From Fistulifera solaris (lineage: Eukaryota), in assembly GCA_030295235.1 (NCBI GenBank), contig AP026125.1:1984001-2048000 (forward strand): a stretch of 64,000 bases of DNA. Direction: 5' to 3'. Position numbers and translations under genes: made by a program. The notes under the pieces were generated by a model. It did not search any database, was not told the origin of the DNA, and was given only the letters and a program-made list of their open reading frames with translations. Of the stretch, positions 35,849-47,119 are shown piece after piece; positions within the stretch are counted from its first letter, which is position 1; every line of letters begins with the position of its first letter.

Positions 35849-36904
35849 CTAGCGCTTATTCCTTTTCGCCATGACGATATCTAGATAACCACTTTTGCGC
35901 CTTCGCTTTTTCACCTGACTTTGAGGGGATGGTATTTTTTGTTTAGTTTTCACAGGGCTGATCGGTAACGAGCCTTCTCCGCTAGACTCGTCAGCAGATT
36001 CAACCTCATCTACGTATGTACTTTTACTTCTCCGTGCTTTGACCTGCTTTCGAAGAAACGGCGATTTTGGTCTGGGTTTTCTCGAACTTGTTGAAACCGA
36101 GTCGCTCTCGCTGGAATCCTCACCTGAACTATTGTTCGTTTGATCGATGTTGGTAGAAGCCAGCGTTTGTCGGAGAAGCTTCAAGGCGTCCAGACAATTT
36201 CCTTTGCACACAAGTAACAGTGCTTCTAGATTCCGAGGTTGTATAATCGTGGACGGAGGCGTCGAAGCCGGCAGGCGAAGTGTGTCTTCACCTCGTTTCC
36301 ATTGCCAATCCCAGTATACAGTGAGAAATTCAGCTAATTGAATACGCACCCGAAATTCTCTCTGTTCGAATGCAAATTCATTCTCCGCCAAAAATTGTGC
36401 CCGCTTCTTATCAAATTGCAAGTAGCTAGATATTCCTTCAATCCAAAATGGTAAATTGTCATCACTAACACGTTGACCCATCCAAGCATCTTGTTCGCGA
36501 TCGAGAGAACACTTTACTTTGATAGTATTTACATCATCAGTGTGATGTATTTCAACCTGAATGGTACCCTTGACTGAAATATTCGCCATAAAGTACCCTT
36601 TTAGTAAATGAACGTCTCTGCTTTGACGTATGGCGTTCGTGAAACAGAAACTTCGTATGGCGTATTGAATTTTGTGAGGAGCGTCCTTTATCAAGGACCG
36701 TAAAAGCGAGGAACTGATGTCAATATTGGGCGTGGAATTCAAAAACGCTTCAAGAGAATCATCGATCAAATCGTTTTCTAGAGGTTGGCTTTTCGAAAAA
36801 GCTCGTAGCTCTTGTAGTTCATGTTCACATTCTTGGATCAAACGCTCTTCGCGAGCGATTTGCTGCAGTAGACGGTTTTGAGAGTTGTATCCGTCATCCT
36901 TCAT
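35849..36904 (-). CDS. Hypothetical protein (N-terminal coiled coil, basic C-terminus)
   Basis: Uninterrupted ORF of about 350 codons with an NLS-like KKRRRK; no family recognised. Confidence 0.6.
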   Translation of the reverse strand: MKDDGYNSQNRLLQQIAREERLIQECEHELQELRAFSKSQPLENDLIDDSLEAFLNSTPNIDISSSLLRSLIKDAPHKIQYAIRSFCFTNAIRQSRDVHLLKGYFMANISVKGTIQVEIHHTDDVNTIKVKCSLDREQDAWMGQRVSDDNLPFWIEGISSYLQFDKKRAQFLAENEFAFEQREFRVRIQLAEFLTVYWDWQWKRGEDTLRLPASTPPSTIIQPRNLEALLLVCKGNCLDALKLLRQTLASTNIDQTNNSSGEDSSESDSVSTSSRKPRPKSPFLRKQVKARRSKSTYVDEVESADESSGEGSLPISPVKTKQKIPSPQSQVKKRRRKSGYLDIVMAKRNKR

Positions 36905-37076
36905 TTCGCTTTTGCGGCTGAGTACCAAGCTAAAATATCTTGTCCTTAGACTTCCAATCGTCTTCACTAATTTTAGATTAAAGGTTTTGCAAATCGATGA
37001 ATACTCTTACAGCGATCGCGCGCGTGATTGGCATCGCTCTTATTGTGAAAAGGTGACAGAAGGTCCGAAAACACCT

Positions 37077-37145
37077 GGTCCAGAATTTCTGGACCATCCA
37101 CAGAATTTCTGTATGATGAGATCGCGGATTCCAGAATTTCTGGAA
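37077..37145 (-). repeat. Isolated copy of the 57-bp satellite motif
   Basis: The reverse complement reads ...ATCATACAGAAATTCTGTGGATGGTCCAGAAATTCTGGACC, matching the unit of the 1-983 array. Confidence 0.85.
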
Positions 37146-37688
37146 TTTACTTGGAAACGATGTTTGTTGAAAAACAGCGGTTCCAAAATGGCTGGAAATA
37201 ACAAGGAAGCTCTTATGGATCCATAACAACGATATTAAAAGGTTATTGAAGGTGCACATAATTTCTGTGAGAATTTCCGGGACTGGAATCTAGTTGAGTC
37301 ACCGAAACGAATCTTGCATCTTTATACGGACTAAAACAGCCAGCTACAATCGCTCATCAATTATCATTATTTGATAGCTTCAAGGCATCTTGATGAATCA
37401 TCGCTTGACTAATCTAGTCTAGAGTAGTCGTGTAGCTTGGAGTATTTGGTACCTCTTTATCGAAAACGAAGTCTTGGTCGCCACATTGAGAGTACTAGGT
37501 AATCAGAAAAGCATTCTTAGCAACAAGTTGGACCAACGAAACGAAAGGCTTGCACTTAGCACACGCAACGAGCGGGCCGTCACTATGGAAGGCGTTCTTT
37601 AGCAACTTAAAACTACCCATAAGATTGTTGGATTATTTTGCGCTATTAGTAAGCACAGTAATGCACAGAGAAAAATACTAATCTAAAC

Positions 37689-38176
37689 TTATTTTCGTCC
37701 CTTTCCCTTAATAGGGGTCTTTGTTGGGGCTGGAGTAGCGTCCTGTGCCAACCACGCAATACCAGCACCAACTCCCCACAATCCCAAGGCACCAGCAGCA
37801 ATTTTAGTTAAGTCTTCTTTTCAAGACTCTTGCATTTAGCAACGAAAGCCTTCCCCTTGGCAAGGCAGACGTCAAGTCCAGCTTCCAATTTCGCTTTCAT
37901 TGCCTCCAATGGGCTGCTGCCTGGTGTTTCTGAAATGACAGCTTCTACAACAGGCTCCGGTTCCGGCTCTGGTTCGGGCTCCGGTTCCGGTTCAGGCTCG
38001 GGTTCCGGCTCTGCTTCCACGACAGGCACAATCTCTTCCTGCACCGCCTCCTTGACTTCTTCGTACTGCACAGCATCCTCTGATGCAACCTCTTCGGCAT
38101 TCACAGTAACCATCAGCGTTGCCGAAAGCAGCACTAGAAGGAGCATCCATCGGAAAATTGACCGTCTCGAAGGCAT
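37689..38176 (-). CDS. Type I membrane protein with a Glu-Pro dipeptide repeat (indel at 37818-37821)
   Basis: Signal peptide and an (EP)n tract. The restored C-terminus is KIAAGALGLWGVGAGIAWLAQ...KGKGRK*. Confidence 0.7.
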
Positions 38177-38730
38177 GATTTTTGTCGTTCTGTTCGCCCG
38201 TGAAGTATTATTTCCTGTGATGACAAAATATAAGGTCAGTGCAATCGTTACGAGTTTATAGCGAAAGAAGGAGGAATGATACCGACGAGTTTCTCCAGCA
38301 GTCATTATCGGGCTACAAGAGCGATTTCGTCGGCTTGTCTAAGATGCATCGGCGTATTGCACTCCTTTCGCGCACTGACATTGCAGTTTCACTCAAAAGG
38401 ATCCCCATGTTCTTACTCACCTGGAATCTCAATTGTTTGAGAGATCTGCACCCTTTTCAAGCGTTGGGTTGCGTTGCGGATGATCCGAAGTGCTCTCTTT
38501 CGCGTCCCCTCCGAGTGATTTTTTCCCGCCGAGGCCACCATTGGAGGCTTTGCACACTCTGGAACAGTGTACACAACCTCCACGTGTGGTCATCGCGATC
38601 GGCGGACGTAAAAGTCGCAGTGCCGTATCCAATCGATTGACACCGGTTCAACAATCGACGGACGCATGTCGTACTCTCTTGTCCGACGGTTTAGACACGC
38701 AGTCACGAGCATTTGAGACATGAGTTGTTC

Positions 38731-38820
38731 GTGTCTGGTGTCTGGTGTCGGTTGTCGGTGCGGTCGGGCGGTCGGGTCGGTTGTGGTTGTGGGTTGTGGG
38801 GTCTGGTGTCGTCTGGTGTC

Positions 38821-38851
<31 letters not shown>
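38731..38851. repeat. Adenine-free G/T/C low-complexity tract ending in a (GTCT)n microsatellite
   Basis: Directly visible short tandem duplications, with about 7 GTCT units. Confidence 0.85.
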
Positions 38852-39123
38852 CTGTGCTTCCACAATATGGCTTACAGTAATAATATTTGCGGAGAGTAGG
38901 AGACTACTAATTGGACTATACAACATACGCATCTAAACCACTGCGATACGCGAAACAGCAATAAAGCAACAAACAACGCGAAAACATGCAAAATGCAAAC
39001 AAAGCGCTGACCATGAAAAGCAAACAGCAAGTCCGCATTCACTTTCACAGAAGCGTTTTACTACGTAGTTCCTTTTAAACTACACTTTTCATCCTTGAAA
39101 ACTTACCTTTTAACCATATCAAG

Positions 39124-39673
39124 ATGTCCGCCGAAGAGGTTGCCAACGCGTTCGTCAACCATTACTATAATACTTTTGATAGCAACCCTGACCAGCTGAT
39201 GGGTCTCTTTGTACGTTATCCTGCTCTAACTTTGAGTGTTTATTTGCATGTCGCTCAAACGTCTGACACTTTCTTCTTTCTTTTTTTGCCGCGCACCTTT
39301 CGCTGGCCTTGCACTCGATCATTACGTACATACTCAAACAAAATTCACCAATGACGGATTATCTCATTTTCTCTTCATAACAATGAACCTTTAGCAACCC
39401 AACAGTATGATGACCTTCGAAGGCCAGCAGTTCCAGGGCCCGCAAAGCATTGTGGGAAAATTGCGACAAATTGGTCAAGTAAAACACGATGTAAAGTCGA
39501 CCGATGTGCAGCCCAGTAATACAGAAAGTGCGATCCTCATCTTTGTGACTGGTTCCATTCGTATCGGCGGCGACAATCCTTTGCATTACTGTGAAACATT
39601 TCAATTGGTCTCGACTTCTCCTGGAAATTTCTACGTACACAATTCGATCTTTCGCCTGAACTACGGTCTCTAG
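39124..39673 (+). CDS. NTF2: Nuclear transport factor 2 (intron 39211-39394)
   Basis: MSAEEVANAFVNHYYNTFD / SMMTFEGQQFQG...IFVTG...FYVHNSIFRLNYG. Confidence 0.93.
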
Positions 39674-39862
39674 ACACGCTGACTTCTTGTGAAGAAGAGT
39701 AGTGATTTATGAGAAAATGCAAATGTCCCTTGCAACAATAATTCCATCACAAGATTCATCAATCTAAAATTTAAAAATATCATCGCGTATTGATTTCTTT
39801 AGTAACAATGATCATAATTAGAGTGCCCTGCTCTAGAGGTTCAGAAACGCACGTTACACAGT

Positions 39863-40891
39863 CTACTTTTTTCTTGTTGGGTCGGTACTCGGCGATCACC
39901 ACTGCGTGATCACGTTCATAAGGTTCCAGCGTGAGCTGTTCCAGAGGCTTGAAGTTTTCGGCTTGTAGTTTTTGTACTTCGCGTGCAAACACGGCTTCGG
40001 GAGACGCCGTCGAATCAATGCATGAAGCTTTTACCGCAATGACGGCGTGACCTCCATTCTTCAAGAAATAATGACTGTTCAAGGCCACAATACGGGCTTG
40101 ATCCGGCTGAGCTACATCGGCAAAGACCGTGTCTACCATACCAATCAGCATTCGATATTTCAAAGGATGCCGAGCGTCCTCGATAATTGGAATAACGTTC
40201 GTGCGCTGTTTGGCCATACTCAACAAGTCACGACCCGGCCGATGACTGAATTCTACTGCGTAAACTGCACCTTGTGGTCCGACAATATCAGATACGTGCG
40301 ATACACTGGTACCTGCGGCGGCTCCGATGTAGAGCACTTTTGATCCAGGGGCAATCCAAATGTTATCAACACCTCCGAGCACAGCGGCAGCCACTGTTCC
40401 GATCGAGAATCAATGACTTCTTTGAGATGCCAAGTATACATCAATGTAGCTCACACTATTTCACTATAGCACTTACACTTCGAACGGAAAGGATTCCATA
40501 CACGATATTCGACCTTCTGGGCGACAGTCTCCCCATCCTTCGGAGGAACTTCGACACTGATTCTCTTTTCACCGTAGACAGCAATTCCTGGTGTTGAGTT
40601 CAATGTAACAAGCGCGTCTTCTTTTCCGCGCGCTACAAAGACACCTTCGTGACGGTGGGGCTCGACAATAACCTTGGCTCCGCCTTTCATTCCACCTCGG
40701 CCACCACCTCGTCCGCCTCCTCGACCTCCTCTTCCGCCGCCGCGACCCGGAGGTCCTCTTCCTCCACGGCCTCCGCGACCTCCACGACCGCCATCTCCAC
40801 GGCCTCCGGGACTTCCTCTACCGCGGCCACCACCAGGGCTTCCTCTACCGCGGCCTCGACCTCCTCCGAATCCTCTTCCTCGGCCGCTCAT
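39863..40891 (-). CDS. FBL: Fibrillarin (rRNA 2'-O-methyltransferase), intron 40394-40476
   Basis: GAR domain, [23 protein letters not shown] and [13 protein letters not shown]. The true stop is probably at 39863-39865 after correcting the T-run at 39867-39872; as written, the ORF runs to 39780. Confidence 0.95.
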
Positions 40892-41222
40892 GTTATTATT
40901 TCTAATGTGTCGCTTAGTTTGGTTAGCGCTTGTACTACTTGGTTATTGTAGATTGATCAATAGAAGCGGCTATTAACAGCTGAATGACTTATAACAAGTT
41001 TCCTTCGCAAAGAAGTTCATTCAAATCGTTTGGCGTGTCATCGTTGGCAAAAAAAGCATCCGATCCGAAAAAAGAAAGAAGGATCGATGGATACGACGAG
41101 AAGGAAGTTGAGCGGATGGAAGGTTGGACGACGAAAAATTGGCCCGCGCGCGCTTACTGTACATGCGCAGTCTTGGATAAGTTGAGTCGCGATCAAGATA
41201 AATGGAGTAAGATTTATTACTA

Positions 41223-41385
41223 CTAGCCGCCTTCGGCGTCTAGCCCCTGCAGGGCTTTTTTCGTTCTCGCCCTTCCCGCAAGCGGGGGGCTCGATCCCCG
41301 GGGATAGCGTCACACCCGGGACTGAACAACCGGGACCGACGTGACACACACACACACACACGGACAGCGCGCTATTATAAATAAT
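41223..41385 (-). mobile_element. Putative non-autonomous mini-Helitron (about 160 bp)
   Basis: On the minus strand it has an AT-rich T-start (TTATTTATAATAG), a (TG)n tract, GC-rich hairpins and a 3' CGCCGAAGGCG hairpin followed by G-CTAG and then T. Confidence 0.55.
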
Positions 41386-42084
41386 AGTTGTCTTCTTTAT
41401 TGTTAAATATTTATTCCTAATTTTCCTGAAATGCGGATGCTTTTTCGACATTTGACTGAATTTTCCACTGGTTTTTCTCTTTTGGCACAAATATTTTTTT
41501 CTTTCTTTCAGAAACTCCGATTTCTGAATCACTGTACCACAGTTAGTAGTAAAGCGACAAACCTGCGCCGGTTTCCCAGTGCGGAGGATTGCGCTGTGGC
41601 GCGCCATCTCTCGGATTTCGCAATAGCATGCTCACCGATCGAACCAACGAGATACTCAAACGAGATCGGATAAACCCACAAATTTCTGAGTACGGTCTCT
41701 TCCATTTCTTTTGCAGCTAGATCAAAGCTGGACTCCTACCTACAACTACAACCGTCTCTCGTCCAACTAGCCTGTTAAACTTTCACTGTCTTTTCATGAT
41801 GTTATGATGAATTGGTTATCCGCAGCATTTGAAATGTACGATCCAATGTTTTTCTTCACGTAGGCTCGGGTAGAATAACCATTCATGACACAGACAACAC
41901 TCTGGGCTATAGTACAAGTACTTACTGAAGAACATGTTTGCGTTGACGCGATGACGAAGATGCCAACAACAGAATGAACTCATTACTCCGTATAAAAAAT
42001 TGAGCCAAGAAGTTTTGCTTTTCATTAATCCACTCATACAAAAGGGAGGTCATATTTGATTTCGTTTCGTGAGACCAACTTTCA

Positions 42085-42627
42085 ATGGCCATTACAACAA
42101 CTGCTAGAGTTATCTTAGCCAGTCTAGGGCTTGTCCTATCGCTCTATGCTGTCTATGTTGAACACAAAATGGAGCATCTTGACGAGGGCGAAGATTTCAC
42201 GGCTCTATGTGATATTGATGCGATAGGTGCTAGTTGCAGGTGAGTTATGCTTTGCACTTTTGACCGTTGAATTCTTTCGGTAGCACGTCTGACGAATCGA
42301 TTTTCGTAGCAAAACCTTCTCTCTCCCGGAAGGAAAGCTACTTTCTTACTTTGGGATTGTTCCGAGTGGCCATGCTCTCGATTTGCCCAACGCTGCGTTG
42401 GGGTCTGTCTTTATGCACAATTGTTAGTACTTCGTCAGCCGATCCGGCTCTTTGTCTGCGCCGCGATGATGACTTCGATCTTCCTGGCATATCAATTAAC
42501 GTTCGTTTTGGGGGATTTATGTATTCTTTGCTGGTCAACGCATATCATCAATTCGATTTTGTTTTATAAGATTGTGCTGTCAACACTTTGGGGATCGGAT
42601 GGTGCTGCGAAGAAAAAGACAATTTAA
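42085..42627 (+). CDS. VKOR: Vitamin K epoxide reductase (VKORC1-like), intron 42240-42309, indel at 42410-42412
   Basis: GLVLSLYAVYVE...ALCDIDAIGASCS|KTFSLPEG...PNAALG...LAYQL...LCILCWSTH. Both loop cysteines and the CxxC are present, and the protein ends KKKTI. Confidence 0.85.
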
Positions 42628-42729
42628 ATTCAAAATAGCAGTATTCTTTGCCTCACTGAAATAAAGATCTAAATTCGAATCAATGAATAAGAAAGTAAAA
42701 AGCTTAGATGTTGCAAAAAATTGAAGCAT

Positions 42730-43554
42730 TTAGGATGAAGCTTCGTCGCTCTCGCTGTCTTTCGACGCATCGGAAGCCGCTGCCGGTGGTTCTTTCTTCT
42801 TCAACGCTTCTTCCTTTGATGAAACAGCCTTTTCTGTGGCGACGCTCTCTTCGATTTTTGCAGTGGCTTTTACTTGCTCCACTTGTTCTAGCTTGTCTTC
42901 TTCCTTTGTTGTTGTTGTGTCAGCAATTGCGCTAGAGGCAGCAACTTGCCCCCCTGTCTCAGATTCATCGCGTTCCTCGGACGGTGCCTCAAACCAAGGA
43001 GCAACACCGGCTTCGTCTTTATCGACACCAAGTCGCCTGGCTTGCCACTGACCCATTACATTGGCTGCCGATATAAAACTCCATCCTCTCACGGTACCTT
43101 GCATGTAATAATAATCGTCGGCGGTGGTAGCCCAAATTTTCTTTCCCATGATCAAAGACTCTTTGCTAGCGGAAAAGAATCCCGAAGCAATATCAATCGA
43201 CCACTTTCCTTTCGAATCATCACCCCAAATAGCAACATTGTTTCCATCTTGATCGACAGCACAACGAAGCCATGTTTCTTCAATTTTATCGCGATTGTTA
43301 TCCCAGTTTGTACCAACAAGCCATTCGGAACCAGCAAAATCACTTTCTGTCAATCGTTCAATTTCAATGTATTCGTAATCATCGCCATCGTCGTCGCCAT
43401 TTTCCGAGACTGCTGTTTCTATGTTCGATGAGGTGGTTGCGGTGCCGAGGCGATGTAAGAAAGGTCGCCTCCGCGTTATACTTGTATCCGTGAGTGACCA
43501 TGACCACGAAAGCTTGACGAGTAAAAACGGTAACAACAACAATAATGGTAACAT
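42730..43554 (-). CDS. Hypothetical signal-peptide protein (possibly plastid)
   Basis: 274-aa ORF with a hydrophobic N-terminus, a Trp-rich beta-like core and an acidic tail. Confidence 0.7.
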   Translation of the reverse strand: MLPLLLLLPFLLVKLSWSWSLTDTSITRRRPFLHRLGTATTSSNIETAVSENGDDDGDDYEYIEIERLTESDFAGSEWLVGTNWDNNRDKIEETWLRCAVDQDGNNVAIWGDDSKGKWSIDIASGFFSASKESLIMGKKIWATTADDYYYMQGTVRGWSFISAANVMGQWQARRLGVDKDEAGVAPWFEAPSEERDESETGGQVAASSAIADTTTTKEEDKLEQVEQVKATAKIEESVATEKAVSSKEEALKKKEPPAAASDASKDSESDEASS

Positions 43555-43833
43555 GATAATAGCTGGATATCAGCAAATAAAAAAGGTGGAAATCAATTGC
43601 TTGTCAAGAAAAGTGCTGGTTGAATTGCTTTTGAATGAAAGATGAAAGACCGTCTATTTTGGGCTGCGTTTTCACTTCCACGTGTTTTTCCTCGAAGGAT
43701 CATGATCAGCCATAACGCTAATGAGGCAAGTCAAAAGCTTTGTGTCGCCTTCTACAATAGTCCAGTCGTCAACTATTCCAGTTACAAAGCAATTACACTT
43801 TCTTAATAATAATTTGATGTCATTTCTTAGTAA

Positions 43834-46559
43834 CTATTCGCATAAGGAAATGCCGGCTTTATCTCCCTTTCTACTGCTAATATTGGCCGCGCTGGCCGTA
43901 TCCCAAAACCATTGATGAAAGCTAGGGTCGACGGCGGGGTCGTGGAAACGAAACTTCGACCGCAAGCTAGACACTTCTCCTGGTGTCAATGCAGCTAACG
44001 CAGGAAATAGTGCTAGTTGATGGTCCAGTGGGTCGTTGTGAGAGGGTGCCAGCATCGAAGTGAACCTGCGGCTCATCGAGTCACTTTCGGAAAGCAAATG
44101 AAGCATGGGGCGAGGAAAACGATGTTGTGTCCTATTTTCCAAAAGCTTCTGGAATTTCCAGCGTATGTGGTCGAAATCTTCACTTAACGTTGATTTACCG
44201 GACCAAACGAAAAGGTTGTTAAAATGATCTGCCGCGATAATGCTCTGTTGCAACGCGATTGGAAAGAATAGCGACTGTTTAGCACAGCAAGTGTCCGATT
44301 AGGAGTGCCAAGTAAACTGCTACTTACATTGTCCCAGAGAATTAACGTTTCGGGTGGCGCGGTTCCTCGAAGACTAACTTCGACCACCAACTTGGGATCG
44401 TGGAGTGCGCCTGTTGTCCACACAATCGGTGCCATCATGTTGAGGCAGTCGTCCAGTGGTAAACGAAGGAACAAAGACCGCTTTTCAGCTCGGTCATCGC
44501 TGGACTGTACTGGGCCTGGACTTACGAGAGGACCCCGGCGCAAATAATACAATAAACGCAATGACTCTGATAGCTCTGGCGGAAAAGTAAAGTCCATCGA
44601 AGACCCCACGGCTTTGGTTTGCCCTTCTTCAGTTAAATCCAACCTTTAAAGTAAAATCGTCAGATTATCGAACACAAACAAGAGGGTTTATCGCACGCTA
44701 CTCACGCTCTTGCGCCTTCTTGAAGCCCCAACAATCTAAATTCGCCGGAGATGTTTTGAATAGTCGCATCGATATCCTTTTGCACTTGATAAGCTAACTT
44801 TTCCATTTCTGCTGGGTCAACAGGCTCATCATTTAACACCCCGTCCGATTCGCGTCCATACAAAGCTCGATATACAGCTTCTTTGGCCAATACGACAGGT
44901 ATAACATCTTCGTCGACAGAATCCATGTACGTGCTTACATCCTTTGCCAAGCCCAAACGATACGTCGAAATACGTGTGATCATCATTGAGCCGGGAGCGT
45001 CCATGTACCTCGCAACAAATTGGAAGTGTGCAAACTCAGTATCTGCACCAATCTCAGGAAGAACCCGCAACATCATCGACAAAGTCGTCAATGGGTCGTG
45101 ACGACAGATACGGACACGCATTACCACACCTTCAAATGTCTGTCGATCTGGGAGTTTATTTGTCTCAATGCCATTTTTAGCTGCAATTGCTGACCCTGCA
45201 GCGAACGTCGCCCGCTCATTTGGGAGAAGTATCTTTTCGTCGTCCAGGAACTCACCCATCCCTATTAGATGCGTTGCTTCCACAAAACTGTAGATACAAT
45301 AAAAGTTGTGAGAAACAGTCGAAAGAGCTTTCTCCTTGGAATCAAAGAACTCAATTCACCTTGGTAGTCGAATATCAATGACGCATCCGTCAATCCATTT
45401 CTTATCCTTGTCGTCGTCAACATACAGCCCTGAAAGATACGTGTCATTCAACACGTATTTTATATTGTCGACCAAGTTGGCTGCATTATCTTGACACAAG
45501 GCGTATCCCCCGGTTGGTTCCACGATACTGTTCCATGCAGGTACGGCAAGTTCTTGCACTCCAGTTAAGAACGCATCGATTCCTATCCCTGCATTCGCCG
45601 CCTGCAAACCAATCGGCGACCAAAAGTCTGTAATACTAGCAGCTAGTTGAACTGGGTCAACACGAGTCGAGTTTTCTGCGCAAGTTGTACCTACACCAAG
45701 ATTGGGAGCACCGTTCGTAAAGACTAGTATCCGCGCCGTTCGCGCCGCCGCAACGCTGGCCAGTTCGATCGCACAACTGATTGCTTCCCCTGTGCAACGA
45801 AATTGCGTATCTCTCTTATGCGATCGAGACTGTAACCACGGTGATTTCGGTGGCTCTGGTTGCTGCAGCTCATTCTGTCGGGCCTGTTTGCGTTCCTTCA
45901 ACATTTCGAGACGAGATTTGGGTTTGTTCGTATCTTCCTGCCCCTTGTTTTCGCCGTAGAAAGCATCCAGACAGTTCGAAAAGGCTTCCCAATCTTTTGA
46001 CGACTTCATGGGGCGTAAATATTGCGTTTTCTTATCGGGAGAATCACAAAAACCGATACAAGTGGCGTAGACATGTGAAGCGCAAATTTCGCATAAGGTT
46101 GAGAAAATATGGACAGAACTGTCAAAGATCAGCAACCCAAGCTGCACATCTGGATCGTTCTCTAGTGTACTTCGAATTGTATTTCTGATTGCTCTCACTT
46201 CCGAGCCAATTAAATGGGCGTCCAGCACAAGTAGTACATTTCTTCGCTGGTTATCATTTTCCACCGGCTGTGAAAACTCCAATTGCGGTTGCGCCATCAC
46301 AATTGGGTCAATATCGACACCCTCAACATTTCGAAACCCGCAAAAGGACAAACCCATTGATTATTGTCATTCATTTCGCAGTAAAGGTTGTAAAAGAAAG
46401 ACACTTTAAGCATTGCGGCACGGCTTTTTCCGTTGTCGATCCGCTCGATCCGGTAAAAGGAGACCAAACAAAGCCAAAAGGAAGGTTACAGCTCTTATCT
46501 GGGCCTGCGGGGCATTTACTAGATGTAAAAGCTACTTCGTTGCTTCTCATCATCGTCAT
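43834..46559 (-). CDS. Sec23/Sec24-family protein (multi-exon; two indels in the zinc finger)
   Basis: The restored zinc finger is CLKC...YNLYC...WVCPFCG. It is followed by a vWA trunk (LLVLD, RCTGEAI, ILVFTNGAPNLGVG), FQFVARY, LYYLRRGPL and a gelsolin-like DHFNNLFVWSG...RFPRP. Confidence 0.85.
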
Positions 46560-47119
46560 CGTATTTAAAAATAGAAGTAATATCGTATCATTGGAGAAAG
46601 ATCGTTTATGTTTTTGTCAGTCGCGTCGCGTCGTCGATGCTAACGACGTCGTCTGACCGTACTCCGTCCTCTTAGCTACGGAGTATTATTGCTTCTTAAC
46701 TTATTGTACCGGTACTCCGTAGCTCATAAGGAAGGAAGTTGTGAGTTGCGATTGAGAAGCCACAGGCAGGAAATAATAGTCACTCTCACCACGTGCCGGG
46801 GCAATTCCTTGTCGAAGATATAAACGTTTTATGATGAAAGATCTTGACGCAGACCAAGCAGATTGGGCCTCGCATCAAGAGCTGGCGACGTACTTGGTTT
46901 CCGCAGAAGCTTGGATTGCAGCTATACTTCATTTGATGCGATGATATTGTAAACTACTCTAATAATGATTTACGTGGAATATTATAGACATGGTCAAGGG
47001 TGTTCGTCTCTCGTGTTGACCCTCGTTGACGATGATGATTCCAGTTTTGGTATTGTACAAATGTCCAATTGCATTGATATATGTGTGAAGGGCGATGTAG
47101 CAACGTGACTTTAACTGTG

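Noticed and set aside
38412..38560. U1 snRNA on the plus strand (ACTCACCTGG, GATCCGAAG, TTGCAC)
   Set aside because: The spacing is wrong, TTGCAC lies in a stem rather than a loop, and the 5' match is better explained as the complement of a splice donor.
39211..39394. Intronic snoRNA in the long NTF2 intron
   Set aside because: One hairpin is visible, but there is no convincing C/D or H/ACA box arrangement.
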